A stretch of DNA of 64,000 nt, from assembly GCA_002393955.1 (NCBI GenBank), contig DGSK01000003.1, forward strand, positions 18,516 to 82,515, read 5' to 3'. The notes under the pieces were generated by a model. It had not been told where the DNA came from, ran no database searches, and saw only the letters and a program-made list of their open reading frames with translations. Source of the stretch: Lachnospiraceae bacterium UBA4364. Lineage in GTDB: Bacteria > Bacillota > Clostridia > Lachnospirales > Lachnospiraceae. Positions 28,401 to 36,791 of the stretch are shown one piece after another. The number at the start of each line of letters is the position of its first letter. Positions within the stretch are counted from its first letter, which is position 1. Made by a program: the position numbers and the translations under genes.

Positions 28401-30946
28401 ATACTGTTCAGGATCTTCCGGAAATATTCAGAGTTACTGATGATCCGGCTATCATCAAAGCGCTGCTCAAGAGCAAGGTGCCTCTGCTGTCCGAGTCCAG
28501 GAAGGAACTTGAAAACCGTCTTGCTGCAATAAAGAAGATCAACGGAAGCAAGACGAGAGATGAATTCAGCGCAGATGTAAAATCTACGGTAGAGACAAGG
28601 GTAGAAGCTACCAAGCAGGCAAGTTCAAAGAACAGGAAGCTTCTGAATACTGCATCAGAGACAGACTTAAAGATCTGTGTTGAGATCAATAATATAAATA
28701 ATAGTCTGGATGCATTGAAAAAAGAAGTGTCCGTTAAGGAGGCTATTCTCAACGGTAAAGATAAGAAAGCTAAAAAGACCGTAGACAAGAAAGCTCTTGC
28801 AAAGCAGAAAAAACAGATTGAAGAACTGACAAAAGAACGTGATGCTAAGAGGGAAGAGCGGAAGGGACTGAATGAGGAGCTGGCAAATATTCCTGAAAAT
28901 GAAAAGAAAAACGTTATTGAATATAAGCTGCAGTATGATTTAAGCAAGCTGAAGAAGAAGCATGTGGCTAAACTGAATGGAGTGGCAGACACTGCAGGAA
29001 CGATGCTCATGCTGGTTACCGGAAAAGAAGTGGATTCAGAGCTGCTTTCCGCATACAGACCTGCTATGGATATCACAAAGGAAATGGATGATGATTGTAT
29101 CAAGTATCGTCAGGCGCTTTCAAACGGAAGATTAAACAGTCTGGGTGATTATGCAGATCTTACAAACAGCATACTTAATAATACCTGCCTGCAGCAGTAT
29201 GAATTTGATGTAAGGGAGCTCAGGGACAAGAAACGCGGAAATGAGGCAAAGATGCAGCTGCTTGCAAAGGTGAAGCAGTACATTACCCTTTCAATGCAGA
29301 ACTCCAAATCACCTATAGCTATCCAGAATCCCGGCGGAGGGTACAAGCTGATCGTCGGCTTTACAGACAAAGGTGATGTAATGGAAGACAAGGTGAAGTT
29401 TGTGGACATTGGTGAGGGTGGTCATCTCTACGAGTCGGATATGTACCTGGAAGACCTTACTGCCGGAATTAATATTAAGGGGACAGGTGACACCATATCA
29501 ATGTTTGCTTTCAACGATATAGAAAAGGGTAAAAACCTCCTTCCCTCTAACGGTAGTATCAAATATGATGCGAAGACCGGAGAAATCGCAAAAGTATCAG
29601 GCAATGAGGAAGGCAGTGCTCACCGCAGCCATACAGTGGAATTCTGCAACACTCAGGTCGAGGGATTAAAGATCAGGTCATTCTTCCCTAACACCATAAA
29701 AGGTGATAAGGGTGCAGAAGAGAGCCTTGAGAAGGTACCTGTTTCCGATCCTGAGGCAATAGAGGCACTTCTTATCAACAGGAAGGAAACTCCTGAGGAG
29801 AAGCGTGCGGATGAAGCAGCTCTTATGAGCAGCATCAGGCATTTTGCAGAAGGTGGAAGCAAGATGGAGATAAGAGATCTTCCTGATAACTACCGCCTGA
29901 CAGGCAATCTCGAAAAACTGAATTACCTTATCTCTCATCACTCAGACGCCTTTTCTGCTGAAGCGATCAAGGAGCTTAGGGATAGAAGGGATGCTATTGA
30001 AGAAATCAATATGCTTAAGTCCCAGTATAAGTACACGACTACCAAGACAAAGGAGAAACAGCTTGAGGGAGACATACATGAGGTAAGGCTTAACATAAAG
30101 TATGACGGATCAAATTCGAAAACCGCCGGAAGCTGGTCTGATGCCATGAGTTTCCTGCTCTCCTCAAGAGGACTTAAAGTGCCTGCCGAGCTGCTTTCAA
30201 AATGCAACCCGGATGTCAACTATCATATAAAGGTTAACACCAAGGACAGGTTTGAAAATGATCCTAAGAGAGACATGAAGAACTTAGAGAATCACGTAGA
30301 TATACTGGCAAGGGTAATGCAGGATGTAAGCCTGGAAGTTGCTGAATATGACATTGACAAGAATGTGGAAGAAGAGGATACTATCAGAGAAATCAAGAGT
30401 TATATTCTTGGGAGGATGCAGGAAGATGGAAGCTCCGTTGTACTGAAAATGCCTGAAGATGCCGAAATGTACCGTAATATCGTTGGTGTAAGAGGGGATT
30501 CACTGATAATCAGATCATCTGTTGGAATGGATTATGAAGATGTATATCAGGGCAATACTTACACGGACGAGTATATTGAAAAGACATTCGGCGGACAGTC
30601 TCTGGAGTATGAGATGCCTATAAGCGAACTGGCAGGAAAAAAGTTCTCATTAATGTCACTGTCAAAATCTTATGATGAAAAGAGTATGACAAATAAGCGC
30701 GGCGCTATGGTAACGCTGTCAAAAGCAATGTGCAAGCAGGATAAGTATAATGACGGTGCGATAGGTCAGATGAGAATGCATCACAAAGATAGTGCTCCTC
30801 AGGAACTCCAGATAGGTGGAAAAAAGACCGGTATCAAAGTAAAGACTGAAAGCTGGATATCCAGGCAGTACATAGTAGATCATTTTGATGACGCTGATGA
30901 TATGATGGATGTCGAAAAAAAGAAAGCAAAAAAGAGTGAGAAATAA
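22457..30946 (+). CDS. Giant (2829 aa) Lys/Glu-rich hydrophilic protein of unknown function
   Basis: An uninterrupted 8.5-kb ORF with RBS ACGGAGGA. The N-terminus is Q/N/K-rich and looks disordered. By eye I find no signal peptide, no TM segment, no Walker A and no HExxH. Confidence 0.85.
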   Translation: MDFKEKEKKENKAINAQNEQKNEQQNVANQPIQQNPVNQAQPIQQQNNKDAKKEKDKKKSKKKDAKAVERAEEEVIPEVKADSMEAAEGEYMDFLLKQKGFQNTSYKDKKFSVSNKPDLLRVNSFMNNQLHEENYLDVSWSLTKKELQMIRDKRNKCWFFADSRANKLEKKLKKNRNFQIAAGMFAQHREILETAAKELKSGKESEFEKFGMRSSKEMYAEMTELLKQTYVKSQGKAAVKGFFGWKPDSEVNMAYVAKQATMSNIFCENKLKEFANLNIVANREIDKTVQARMLSYCKLGYNSNMVLYECMENKGHKMTAKLKEDAKRRASQFEMMQFFVENAHKPEFFEAGIVTWGQMFKEASEAADYAGAGNMAKGEKNAYYNALLSGILTNKIRQAKMKLNGWYELKDKTAEDAQIENAAKQGEKKEEKKEEKKEEKNVEGKQEEKKEEKKEEGKKDEKKAEKKKKGKEKPDPFGRTKEQIAFDAELSRAHNKLIGYGEERQKQQDAMKKQETSVWKAVWGCCNTMSESVDDDTKLADERWIRGVTHNDIDLMKDRLDDINNTVTNFVFSDEMMTDPESYLRGNLKEYLKLRGYFTAYEKLSDLSMFGETKKYSAIDNYFSQARGKYLWVFGDQQTRAIDKNRIAPWKAFQAFADRLLKQKGINPDNTGLVSGYATFDQWKDAQFKNEDEKKKELDKVVKTIKEKNALILKDQFRMNYAYVFGFEDEKGNIDIGFERKIREAFGKDVTSVDDTLKTLREMKPNLQGAIENMAGMLEYMTKYPVEEFPAMYKGLDVFDSKKETAASLMRKLEVWKLRYGSYTTFIDKYDAGDKNAKKLVEEGIAEKIDCQELLKRAEETAIAENAVKGGDYKTFRGVNRMREYVDTFKEYGYHKDYATATKFVADFKFTKEWDKPDFVYANIETYSRLILSIDTIENFGKEVVEESTPAYKNKLLSTIEFFKAYRRHMNHQLVQKYKINPEQMAYATDEMVEKAKAYLAPDQKKEPEHKRFKNIRNAFGLKCWQEDHAEDGFKMSDYVYDKKLIEFGRQELQRKDYEAKILEGKAEYIDYLRLLVIKTRQLNAKNLPEKQKEVFKGQIKNLAYRAYTCMANEKFSRPRNAIKSSDNEITNTVLMDYMYRDELKDDVDYLGILEKAYKSELTNKWQGDVERQNKQQESATNYHNSLGMKRERESSKFVDRKEAELISIDADLRAKLVKELEKEIEKPENAEAKAKFEEIIADIKADNDHGRFAIFVMCNTKDKFIKKYGAGLSEKTKDLIRKVHVSSYYAGQLQFDPDEVRSADQKIEDLCKAFSTFEQIDKVREMEKSGKDKTDFEEYNRQKEKLTFMSDVEDDMNMANRQISESSLPTYYKLCNDADILSNFVNEHSFVNAEAEESLRKRIASLEEVNAVANRKERLAVSKSAKDLVFALSRKGQFKDGNSLSFAIDNLLRFRGVTLTQSTIENWKPGVGNLQKLDDKRMADLDKMAERLAKGDVEMGDYAGMITKVMPDVVIRQKKFASNKLTDENINNFKTTVIDALTKDKTPVALKMNGKYYTVTSYDEKTGEVKVEYQNEAARSIKLEALFNEASMKAPENATAEEKKKYNTGIEVTWLKDIQFAEDTIVHLKDYEGGKDGVGAHKKGDIEENYKIFSEEEKAKYRKLDPSSNKMFALEDLVHNSLFDPISTKVIKDASGNFIYFDNDGKAVIKDDKLAKYGKNIPMDALCIKEQGQDDVESDITIYPETYAETTKVKSKDISRLNEYLYKDNKSKVIYEASALALQAQRQSVPQIIENLKLEAVQRTFIAAQMEVDRLKDDKKKISDTEGFDLTCNMVNTGKEYDKYESTRKQMDESAKNAKNSRKPAITEIPKVKQEALDYGEKFKIALEEGKIEYAATLYSLALNRINSLNQVMGFKERWNFSDRISKKIMDKLYKQKYDVVRKNYIDAADKLGEYDAKMAKIDKKVGKLEANNVKGVAYKYTVQDLPEIFRVTDDPAIIKALLKSKVPLLSESRKELENRLAAIKKINGSKTRDEFSADVKSTVETRVEATKQASSKNRKLLNTASETDLKICVEINNINNSLDALKKEVSVKEAILNGKDKKAKKTVDKKALAKQKKQIEELTKERDAKREERKGLNEELANIPENEKKNVIEYKLQYDLSKLKKKHVAKLNGVADTAGTMLMLVTGKEVDSELLSAYRPAMDITKEMDDDCIKYRQALSNGRLNSLGDYADLTNSILNNTCLQQYEFDVRELRDKKRGNEAKMQLLAKVKQYITLSMQNSKSPIAIQNPGGGYKLIVGFTDKGDVMEDKVKFVDIGEGGHLYESDMYLEDLTAGINIKGTGDTISMFAFNDIEKGKNLLPSNGSIKYDAKTGEIAKVSGNEEGSAHRSHTVEFCNTQVEGLKIRSFFPNTIKGDKGAEESLEKVPVSDPEAIEALLINRKETPEEKRADEAALMSSIRHFAEGGSKMEIRDLPDNYRLTGNLEKLNYLISHHSDAFSAEAIKELRDRRDAIEEINMLKSQYKYTTTKTKEKQLEGDIHEVRLNIKYDGSNSKTAGSWSDAMSFLLSSRGLKVPAELLSKCNPDVNYHIKVNTKDRFENDPKRDMKNLENHVDILARVMQDVSLEVAEYDIDKNVEEEDTIREIKSYILGRMQEDGSSVVLKMPEDAEMYRNIVGVRGDSLIIRSSVGMDYEDVYQGNTYTDEYIEKTFGGQSLEYEMPISELAGKKFSLMSLSKSYDEKSMTNKRGAMVTLSKAMCKQDKYNDGAIGQMRMHHKDSAPQELQIGGKKTGIKVKTESWISRQYIVDHFDDADDMMDVEKKKAKKSEK
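23733..23877 (+). repeat. ~145-nt near-pure polypurine (GAA/GAG/AAG) tract encoding an (E/K)-repeat
   Basis: The DNA reads gagaagaaggaagagaagaaagaagagaaaaaagaagagaag... and encodes GEKKEEKKEEKKEEKNVEGKQEEKKEEKKEEGKKDEKKAEKKKKGKEK. Confidence 0.9.
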
Positions 30947-30962
30947 GAAGTAACCATCAAGA

Positions 30963-30998
30963 GGGCGGTCTCGCCGAGAGGGGAGACCGTCTTTTTTA
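30963..30998 (+). terminator. Rho-independent terminator after the giant ORF
   Basis: GGCGGTCTC-(loop)-GAGACCGTC followed by T6. Confidence 0.75.
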
Positions 30999-31066
30999 TA
31001 TTTATTATTTATTGTAAAATAGTTGTATAATTCATTTAGTATCGGCTTTGCAGCGGGGCACTTATC

Positions 31067-34000
31067 ATGGCAAACATATTTGAAAAGTTTAGTTTTCAGA
31101 TAAACAAGCGCAGTATAGCGATGATCGTCTTAGGGGTGATAATCAATATCATGGGGCGCAGCATAGCCTTGTATTATCATCTTCCATTATTCCTTGATTC
31201 CATAGGGACATTTCTTGTAGCCATAGTTTTAGGCCCTATAGGCGGGGCAATATCCGGAACAATTATGAATTTTATCGTAGCGGCATGGCCATCATGGGAA
31301 TGGTCCTACTGTCTGGTAAGTATTGTCGGCGCGATCGTGGTGGGGGTTATCCTGTATAAACGTGAACGGATGGATTCTTTTACCATAGTAGGCTGCAGCG
31401 TGCTTACAGGTATTGTGATGACTGTTGTATCTACGCCTCTTAATCTGCTCATTAGGGATGGTATGACAGGAAATGACTGGGGCAATGCCATGGTAGAGCT
31501 TCTTGAACAGTATATCAGTCTTAAGAGTCTGTGCTGTATAGCGGGTGAACTGATAGTGAATATTCCGGACAAGATGATCATACTTATATTTTTATCCTTT
31601 TGTATCGTTATGTTCAGGAAGGCCGGCATAACCATGATTCCGGAGGAAGCATCCAATAAGCTTCCGTTGGTGCTTCTTGCAATTGCTGTCCCTTTAGCGG
31701 CCTTAAGCTTTTCAAAGCCGGTAATGGCTTCTGTTGAGGATTTTGTGTCGGATTATGCGACCACTGTTTACGGAGTATACGAGGGCTTAAGCTCTGCGGA
31801 AATCAATACGGTGACTCAGACCGGTGACGGATACATCTGGGCCGGGGCATATTCGGGATTATACCGGTACAACGGTACTGATTTTGAGCAGATCGACCTT
31901 GATCCCAGGATCAGCAATGCCATAGTGCTCCGCACCGATAAAAAGGGACGTCTGTGGATAGGAACCAACGACAGCGGTGTGGCCTGCTACGACACCTACC
32001 GGGATACTATCAGATTTTTTACTTCTGAGGATGGACTTCCATCCGATTCCATAAGGGAAATATGCGAAGACGAGCAGGGTAATATCTATGTGGCAACTGC
32101 ATCATATATCTGCAGGATAGATGCACTTTCCGGGAGTCAGACTGCCGGAGACTCGGATGCAGAGTCAGAGATCATAGAAAACAATGACGATGTGGATATA
32201 ACGGTTTACGATTCCCTGACGGATATCACATCGGTATATTCAATGGTATGCGTAGAGGACGGCGGCCTCTGCGGCGTCACTGCCGCAGGAAAACTTTTCC
32301 TTATGAGAGACGGAAAAATAGTATATTCCCTTGATAGTGATATAGAGGGACAGCCCTATACCTGTGTGGCCTGCAGGGGGGATGGGCATTATCTGGCAGG
32401 AACTGCCGGCAATACCCTGGAGTTCATTCATCTGGAAGATGACGGGTTTGTAAAGACAAAGACAATTAATACGGATATGTCGGGCTTTAACCGTATGTAC
32501 TATTCAGACCGTTACGGCGGATATTTTGTGACTGCTGTTTCCGGTTTATGCTTTGTGAGTGCAGGCGGTGTGGTTCAGGATCTTTCGATGGAAGGATTCA
32601 ATACCTCGGTGGAAGACCTGCTGACGGACCGGCAGGGGAATATATGGTTTTCTTCCAGCAAGCAGGGCATTTTAAAGCTGTCAAAAAATCCTTTTTCCGA
32701 CCTGTACAAACGTATAGGCCAGCCGGCCCAGGTGGTAAATGCCATAATCATGGACGGGGATTATGCTTATATAGGAACCGACAATGGTGCGGTAAAGGCA
32801 GATCTTAAGAACAACATAAGGCTGAGCGACAGCCGTCTCGAAGCACTGGGTGAGGTACGTATCCGTGATATCATGAAGGATTCAAAGGGAAACCTCTGGT
32901 TCTGCACATATGGTGAAGACGGACTGGTGCGTATCGATCCCAATGGGAAAATAAAATCGTTTACGGAAGAAACGGACAGCTCGGTACTGGGATCAAGATT
33001 CCGCCTTGCAAAAGAGCTGAGTGACGGCAGGATATTTGCGGTATCCACATCCGGTATAAATTATATTGACGGTGACAGAGTGGTGCTGACCATAGGTGCC
33101 GACGATGGCATGGCGGTGCCCAAGGCACTTTCCGTTCTGGAAGATGAGGACGGCACTCTCTGGGTGGGAACCGACGGTGACGGAGTATATACCATAGTCG
33201 ATGATAAGGTGAAGGATCACTGGGGGAGGGATGAAGGTCTTTTGTCCGGCGTCATAATGAAGATTGTTGATTGCAGGGACGGAAGGCTTTATGTGACCAG
33301 CAACGGTCTTTATTATCATTCGGACAAGGGCATAATCAAGCTGGATAATTTTCCTTATAAAAATGTATATGATGCGTATATAACGGAAGATGGTACGGCG
33401 TACATTACTTCGAGCGCAGGTCTCTATGTCACCAGGGAGGATGATCTGCTTAAAAATGATGAGGATTACACTTTTGCACTTTTAAACAGCAAAAGAGGTC
33501 TTACTACCACCTTTACGGCTAATTCCTACAACTGTGTGGATGGTGAGAGGATGCTCTTCTGCTGTACGGACGGTGTGCAGATACTTAATACCGATGCATA
33601 CAGGAATTTTGACCAGCATTACCAGATCGTCATAAAGGACATATCAAAAGAAGGTGTTCCCATAAAGATCGAGAATGGTGTATATAATATACCGCCCGGA
33701 GCCGGCAGCGTGATGATCACTCCGGGAATACTTAACTATACCGTTTCTGATCCTTTGATAAAAGTGACTCTTGTGGGGGTGGATACCGAGGGCAGGATAA
33801 TGCGGCAGTCTGCAATGGAAAGCATCTATTATCCGTCATTAGCTCCGGGAGACTACAAGCTTTCTGTACAGGTGATGGATGAATCCGGGCTGATGCCGGA
33901 AAAGGAAATGGATTTTCTTATACACAAGGATGCCAGGCTTTACGAACAGCCCTATTACAAGACCTATATAGTGGTCGTAATAACGATCATGATCGGCTTT

Positions 34001-35980
34001 ATAGTCTGGCTTATATCCAAGATGGGAAATATGGCTGTCATCAACCGTCAGTATGACCAGATACGTGCGGCAAAGGAAGAGGCTGAATATGCCAACCGGG
34101 CAAAGTCCAAATTCCTGGCTCAGATGTCCCACGAGATCAGGACTCCCATAAATGCCGTGATGGGAATGGATGAGATGATACTCAGGGAGAGCCGGGATCC
34201 CGACATCAGGGGATATGCCAGAGACATATATGATGCCGGCAATGTGCTACTTTCGCTTATTAATGATATCCTGGATACTACCAAGATAGAGTCAGGCAAG
34301 ATGGAGATCGTGCCTGTTGAGTATGGAACGAAGAAGATGATCCAGGATCTGGTGAATCTGACATCACAGCGTGCGCAGGCCAAGGATATAAAGCTTGAAC
34401 TGGAGATAGATCCCGATCTGCCAAAGGTCATGTACGGTGATGATGTACGCATCAGGCAGGTAATAACCAATATCCTTACGAATGCCGTGAAGTATACAAT
34501 GACAGGTACCGTATGGTTCAGGATAAAAGGTGCAAGGGGCGGTGAAAAGATACGCCTGCATGTGGAAGTGGAAGATACAGGCATCGGTATAAAGGAAGAA
34601 GACCTGCCGAAACTTTTTGAGGAGTACCGCAGGATCGAGGAGGGCAGGAACCGAAGTATAGAGGGCACGGGGCTTGGTATGAGCATAACCGTGAAGCTTC
34701 TTAAGCTTATGGACAGCAGACTTGAGGTAAGCAGCATATACGGAAAAGGTTCAAAATTTTATTTTGACCTGGATCAGAAAGTAATAGACAGCACGCCCAT
34801 AGGCTATATAGGGACTAAAAACCGCAAGGAAGAAGTATATACGGAGAGCTGCGAGCCTTTTACTGCGGAAGAAGCCAAAGTGCTAGTGGTTGATGACAAT
34901 TCCATGAACCGCAAGGTATTCAGGAATCTTTTGAAACCTACGAAAGTAAGGGTAAGCGAGGCTGCCAGCGGTCCGGAGTCCCTTGTAATGGTAGAAAACG
35001 AGCATTACGATGTGATATTTATGGACCACATGATGCCGGAAATGGACGGTGTGGAAGCTATGCAGCGCATGAGGAAAATGGAGTGCTGCAAGGGGATTCC
35101 CATCTATGTCCTTACTGCAAATGTTATGTCAGGTGCAAAAGAGTCATATATATCAATGGGATTTGACGGCTTTGTCTCAAAGCCTATAATTGCAGGCAAT
35201 CTGGAAGATACGCTTCGTGAGGCTCTTCCTGCGGAATATGTCCATCCCCTGTCGGAGGAGGAAAAGGAGCTCCTTAAGTCTGACAGCCGTACTGCATCCA
35301 ATCCGGTGCCGGATGACCTGCCTGAGGTAGAGGGACTGGACTGGAATTACGCTTGGCTCCATCTTCCGGAGAGGGATATGCTGCGGGGAAGTGTTGAGTC
35401 TTTTTACGAAGTGATCACTGCCCAGGCAGACAGGCTGCAGGCGCTCTATGTGGACCTTGTAACCTATGCCGGAAACAGGAATGCTTCCACGCTTAAGGGA
35501 GATGCTGAGTCCGGAAGCAGCGATGCGGATGATCCCATAGCAGCGTACAGGATACAGGTTCACAGCATGAAGAGCTCGGCTGCAACCATTGGTATAGTGC
35601 CGCTTGCCGGTATGGCCAATGTCCTTGAGTCGGCTGCCAGAAATAATGATACCGAGACAGTCAGGGCTCTGCACGGTCCGTTCATAAAGGAATGGAAATC
35701 CTATGAGGAAAAAATGCGCGGCGCCTTCGGACTGGGACTGAGATCAAAAGCCGGAACCATAAAGGGAGACGTGGAACTGCTGAAGGCAATGCTTGATCTG
35801 CTGGAGCCGAAGATCACAGAGCTGGATGTAGACGGTGCGGATGAAATAATGGAAAAGATGAAGAAATACAGTTTTGCTCCGGAAGTGGATGAACTGATAC
35901 CGAAGCTGGGAGCAGCGGTTATGGATCTTAATGAGGAACTTGCGGTCACGATCATAAATGAAATGCGCGGGCTGGTATAA
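31067..35980 (+). CDS. Hybrid sensor histidine kinase
   Basis: Domain order is an N-terminal ECF-S-component-like 5-6 TM module, a periplasmic beta-propeller/Y_Y_Y region, HisKA-HATPase, REC and HPt. Propeller-type repeats include GDGYIWAGAYSGLYRYNG, GRLWIGTNDSGVACYD, GNIWFSS and GTLWVGTDGDGVY. The H-box is SHEIRTPINAV and the G-boxes are DTGIGI and GTGLGMSI. REC reads VLVVDDNSMN...FMDHMMPEMDG...SKP and HPt reads VHSMKSSAATIG. The N-terminal LFLDSIGTFLVAIVLGPIGGAISG resembles ECF S components. Confidence 0.85.
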   Translation: MANIFEKFSFQINKRSIAMIVLGVIINIMGRSIALYYHLPLFLDSIGTFLVAIVLGPIGGAISGTIMNFIVAAWPSWEWSYCLVSIVGAIVVGVILYKRERMDSFTIVGCSVLTGIVMTVVSTPLNLLIRDGMTGNDWGNAMVELLEQYISLKSLCCIAGELIVNIPDKMIILIFLSFCIVMFRKAGITMIPEEASNKLPLVLLAIAVPLAALSFSKPVMASVEDFVSDYATTVYGVYEGLSSAEINTVTQTGDGYIWAGAYSGLYRYNGTDFEQIDLDPRISNAIVLRTDKKGRLWIGTNDSGVACYDTYRDTIRFFTSEDGLPSDSIREICEDEQGNIYVATASYICRIDALSGSQTAGDSDAESEIIENNDDVDITVYDSLTDITSVYSMVCVEDGGLCGVTAAGKLFLMRDGKIVYSLDSDIEGQPYTCVACRGDGHYLAGTAGNTLEFIHLEDDGFVKTKTINTDMSGFNRMYYSDRYGGYFVTAVSGLCFVSAGGVVQDLSMEGFNTSVEDLLTDRQGNIWFSSSKQGILKLSKNPFSDLYKRIGQPAQVVNAIIMDGDYAYIGTDNGAVKADLKNNIRLSDSRLEALGEVRIRDIMKDSKGNLWFCTYGEDGLVRIDPNGKIKSFTEETDSSVLGSRFRLAKELSDGRIFAVSTSGINYIDGDRVVLTIGADDGMAVPKALSVLEDEDGTLWVGTDGDGVYTIVDDKVKDHWGRDEGLLSGVIMKIVDCRDGRLYVTSNGLYYHSDKGIIKLDNFPYKNVYDAYITEDGTAYITSSAGLYVTREDDLLKNDEDYTFALLNSKRGLTTTFTANSYNCVDGERMLFCCTDGVQILNTDAYRNFDQHYQIVIKDISKEGVPIKIENGVYNIPPGAGSVMITPGILNYTVSDPLIKVTLVGVDTEGRIMRQSAMESIYYPSLAPGDYKLSVQVMDESGLMPEKEMDFLIHKDARLYEQPYYKTYIVVVITIMIGFIVWLISKMGNMAVINRQYDQIRAAKEEAEYANRAKSKFLAQMSHEIRTPINAVMGMDEMILRESRDPDIRGYARDIYDAGNVLLSLINDILDTTKIESGKMEIVPVEYGTKKMIQDLVNLTSQRAQAKDIKLELEIDPDLPKVMYGDDVRIRQVITNILTNAVKYTMTGTVWFRIKGARGGEKIRLHVEVEDTGIGIKEEDLPKLFEEYRRIEEGRNRSIEGTGLGMSITVKLLKLMDSRLEVSSIYGKGSKFYFDLDQKVIDSTPIGYIGTKNRKEEVYTESCEPFTAEEAKVLVVDDNSMNRKVFRNLLKPTKVRVSEAASGPESLVMVENEHYDVIFMDHMMPEMDGVEAMQRMRKMECCKGIPIYVLTANVMSGAKESYISMGFDGFVSKPIIAGNLEDTLREALPAEYVHPLSEEEKELLKSDSRTASNPVPDDLPEVEGLDWNYAWLHLPERDMLRGSVESFYEVITAQADRLQALYVDLVTYAGNRNASTLKGDAESGSSDADDPIAAYRIQVHSMKSSAATIGIVPLAGMANVLESAARNNDTETVRALHGPFIKEWKSYEEKMRGAFGLGLRSKAGTIKGDVELLKAMLDLLEPKITELDVDGADEIMEKMKKYSFAPEVDELIPKLGAAVMDLNEELAVTIINEMRGLV

Positions 35981-35983
35981 CAT

Positions 35984-36754
35984 ATGAAGAAACTTTTTAT
36001 CATCGGAAAAATGAATGACGTCATGAAGAACCTTGCGGAGTATATGCAGCAGCACTTCCGGGTTCAGCTATGCATGGAAAATACACAGCACGCGGCCGCA
36101 TTAATGAAAGTCGTGGAGCCTGACCTTGTGATCATACTGCTTGTGGGTGTATACGAGATAGATATGAATATTTTTAATGCACTGTCAAAGGATTGCAAGG
36201 GACTGCCGGTGATCACTATAGGAACCCAGAGGGAATACGACAGTTTCTCTGCTCATCTTAAAGGTGTGAACTGTGAAAACATCATAAGGCCTGTAAATAA
36301 CAGCGATATACTGGAGGCTGTATGCAGGAGGCTCGGCATGAGCAAAGAGGAAGCCGGTCTGATGGCAGTTGAGGAAAAAGACCGGCGCAGGCATGTGCTG
36401 CTCGTAGATGATGATCCGGTATCACTTCGCAGCATCAAGTCCATGCTTGAAGACAGATACCGTATCAGTCTGGCCAATTCCGGAACAAAGGCGATGATAG
36501 CAATAGGAAAGGACAGACCGGACCTGATACTGTTAGATTATGAGATGCCTGTGTGCGACGGACGGCAGACTCTCACTATGATAAGGGAAGACGAAGATCT
36601 GAAAGACATTCCCGTTATTTTTCTTACGGGTGTCAATGACAGAAAGAATATTGAGGCGGTGCTTACGCTGAAGCCGGCAGGCTATATACTGAAGCCGCCG
36701 GTGCCGGAGAGGCTTAAGGCTTCTATTGATAAGGCTCTTTCGGAAAACAGTTGA
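35984..36754 (+). CDS. Stand-alone response regulator with a degenerate N-terminal REC-like half and a canonical C-terminal REC
   Basis: HVLLVDDDPVSLRS...DLILLDYEMPVCDG...IPVIFLTG...KP. There is no output domain. The start lies 4 nt after the kinase stop. Confidence 0.8.
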   Translation: MKKLFIIGKMNDVMKNLAEYMQQHFRVQLCMENTQHAAALMKVVEPDLVIILLVGVYEIDMNIFNALSKDCKGLPVITIGTQREYDSFSAHLKGVNCENIIRPVNNSDILEAVCRRLGMSKEEAGLMAVEEKDRRRHVLLVDDDPVSLRSIKSMLEDRYRISLANSGTKAMIAIGKDRPDLILLDYEMPVCDGRQTLTMIREDEDLKDIPVIFLTGVNDRKNIEAVLTLKPAGYILKPPVPERLKASIDKALSENS

Positions 36755-36791
36755 TACCATTTATGTATGATATCGGGAGGCATAAACGTAT

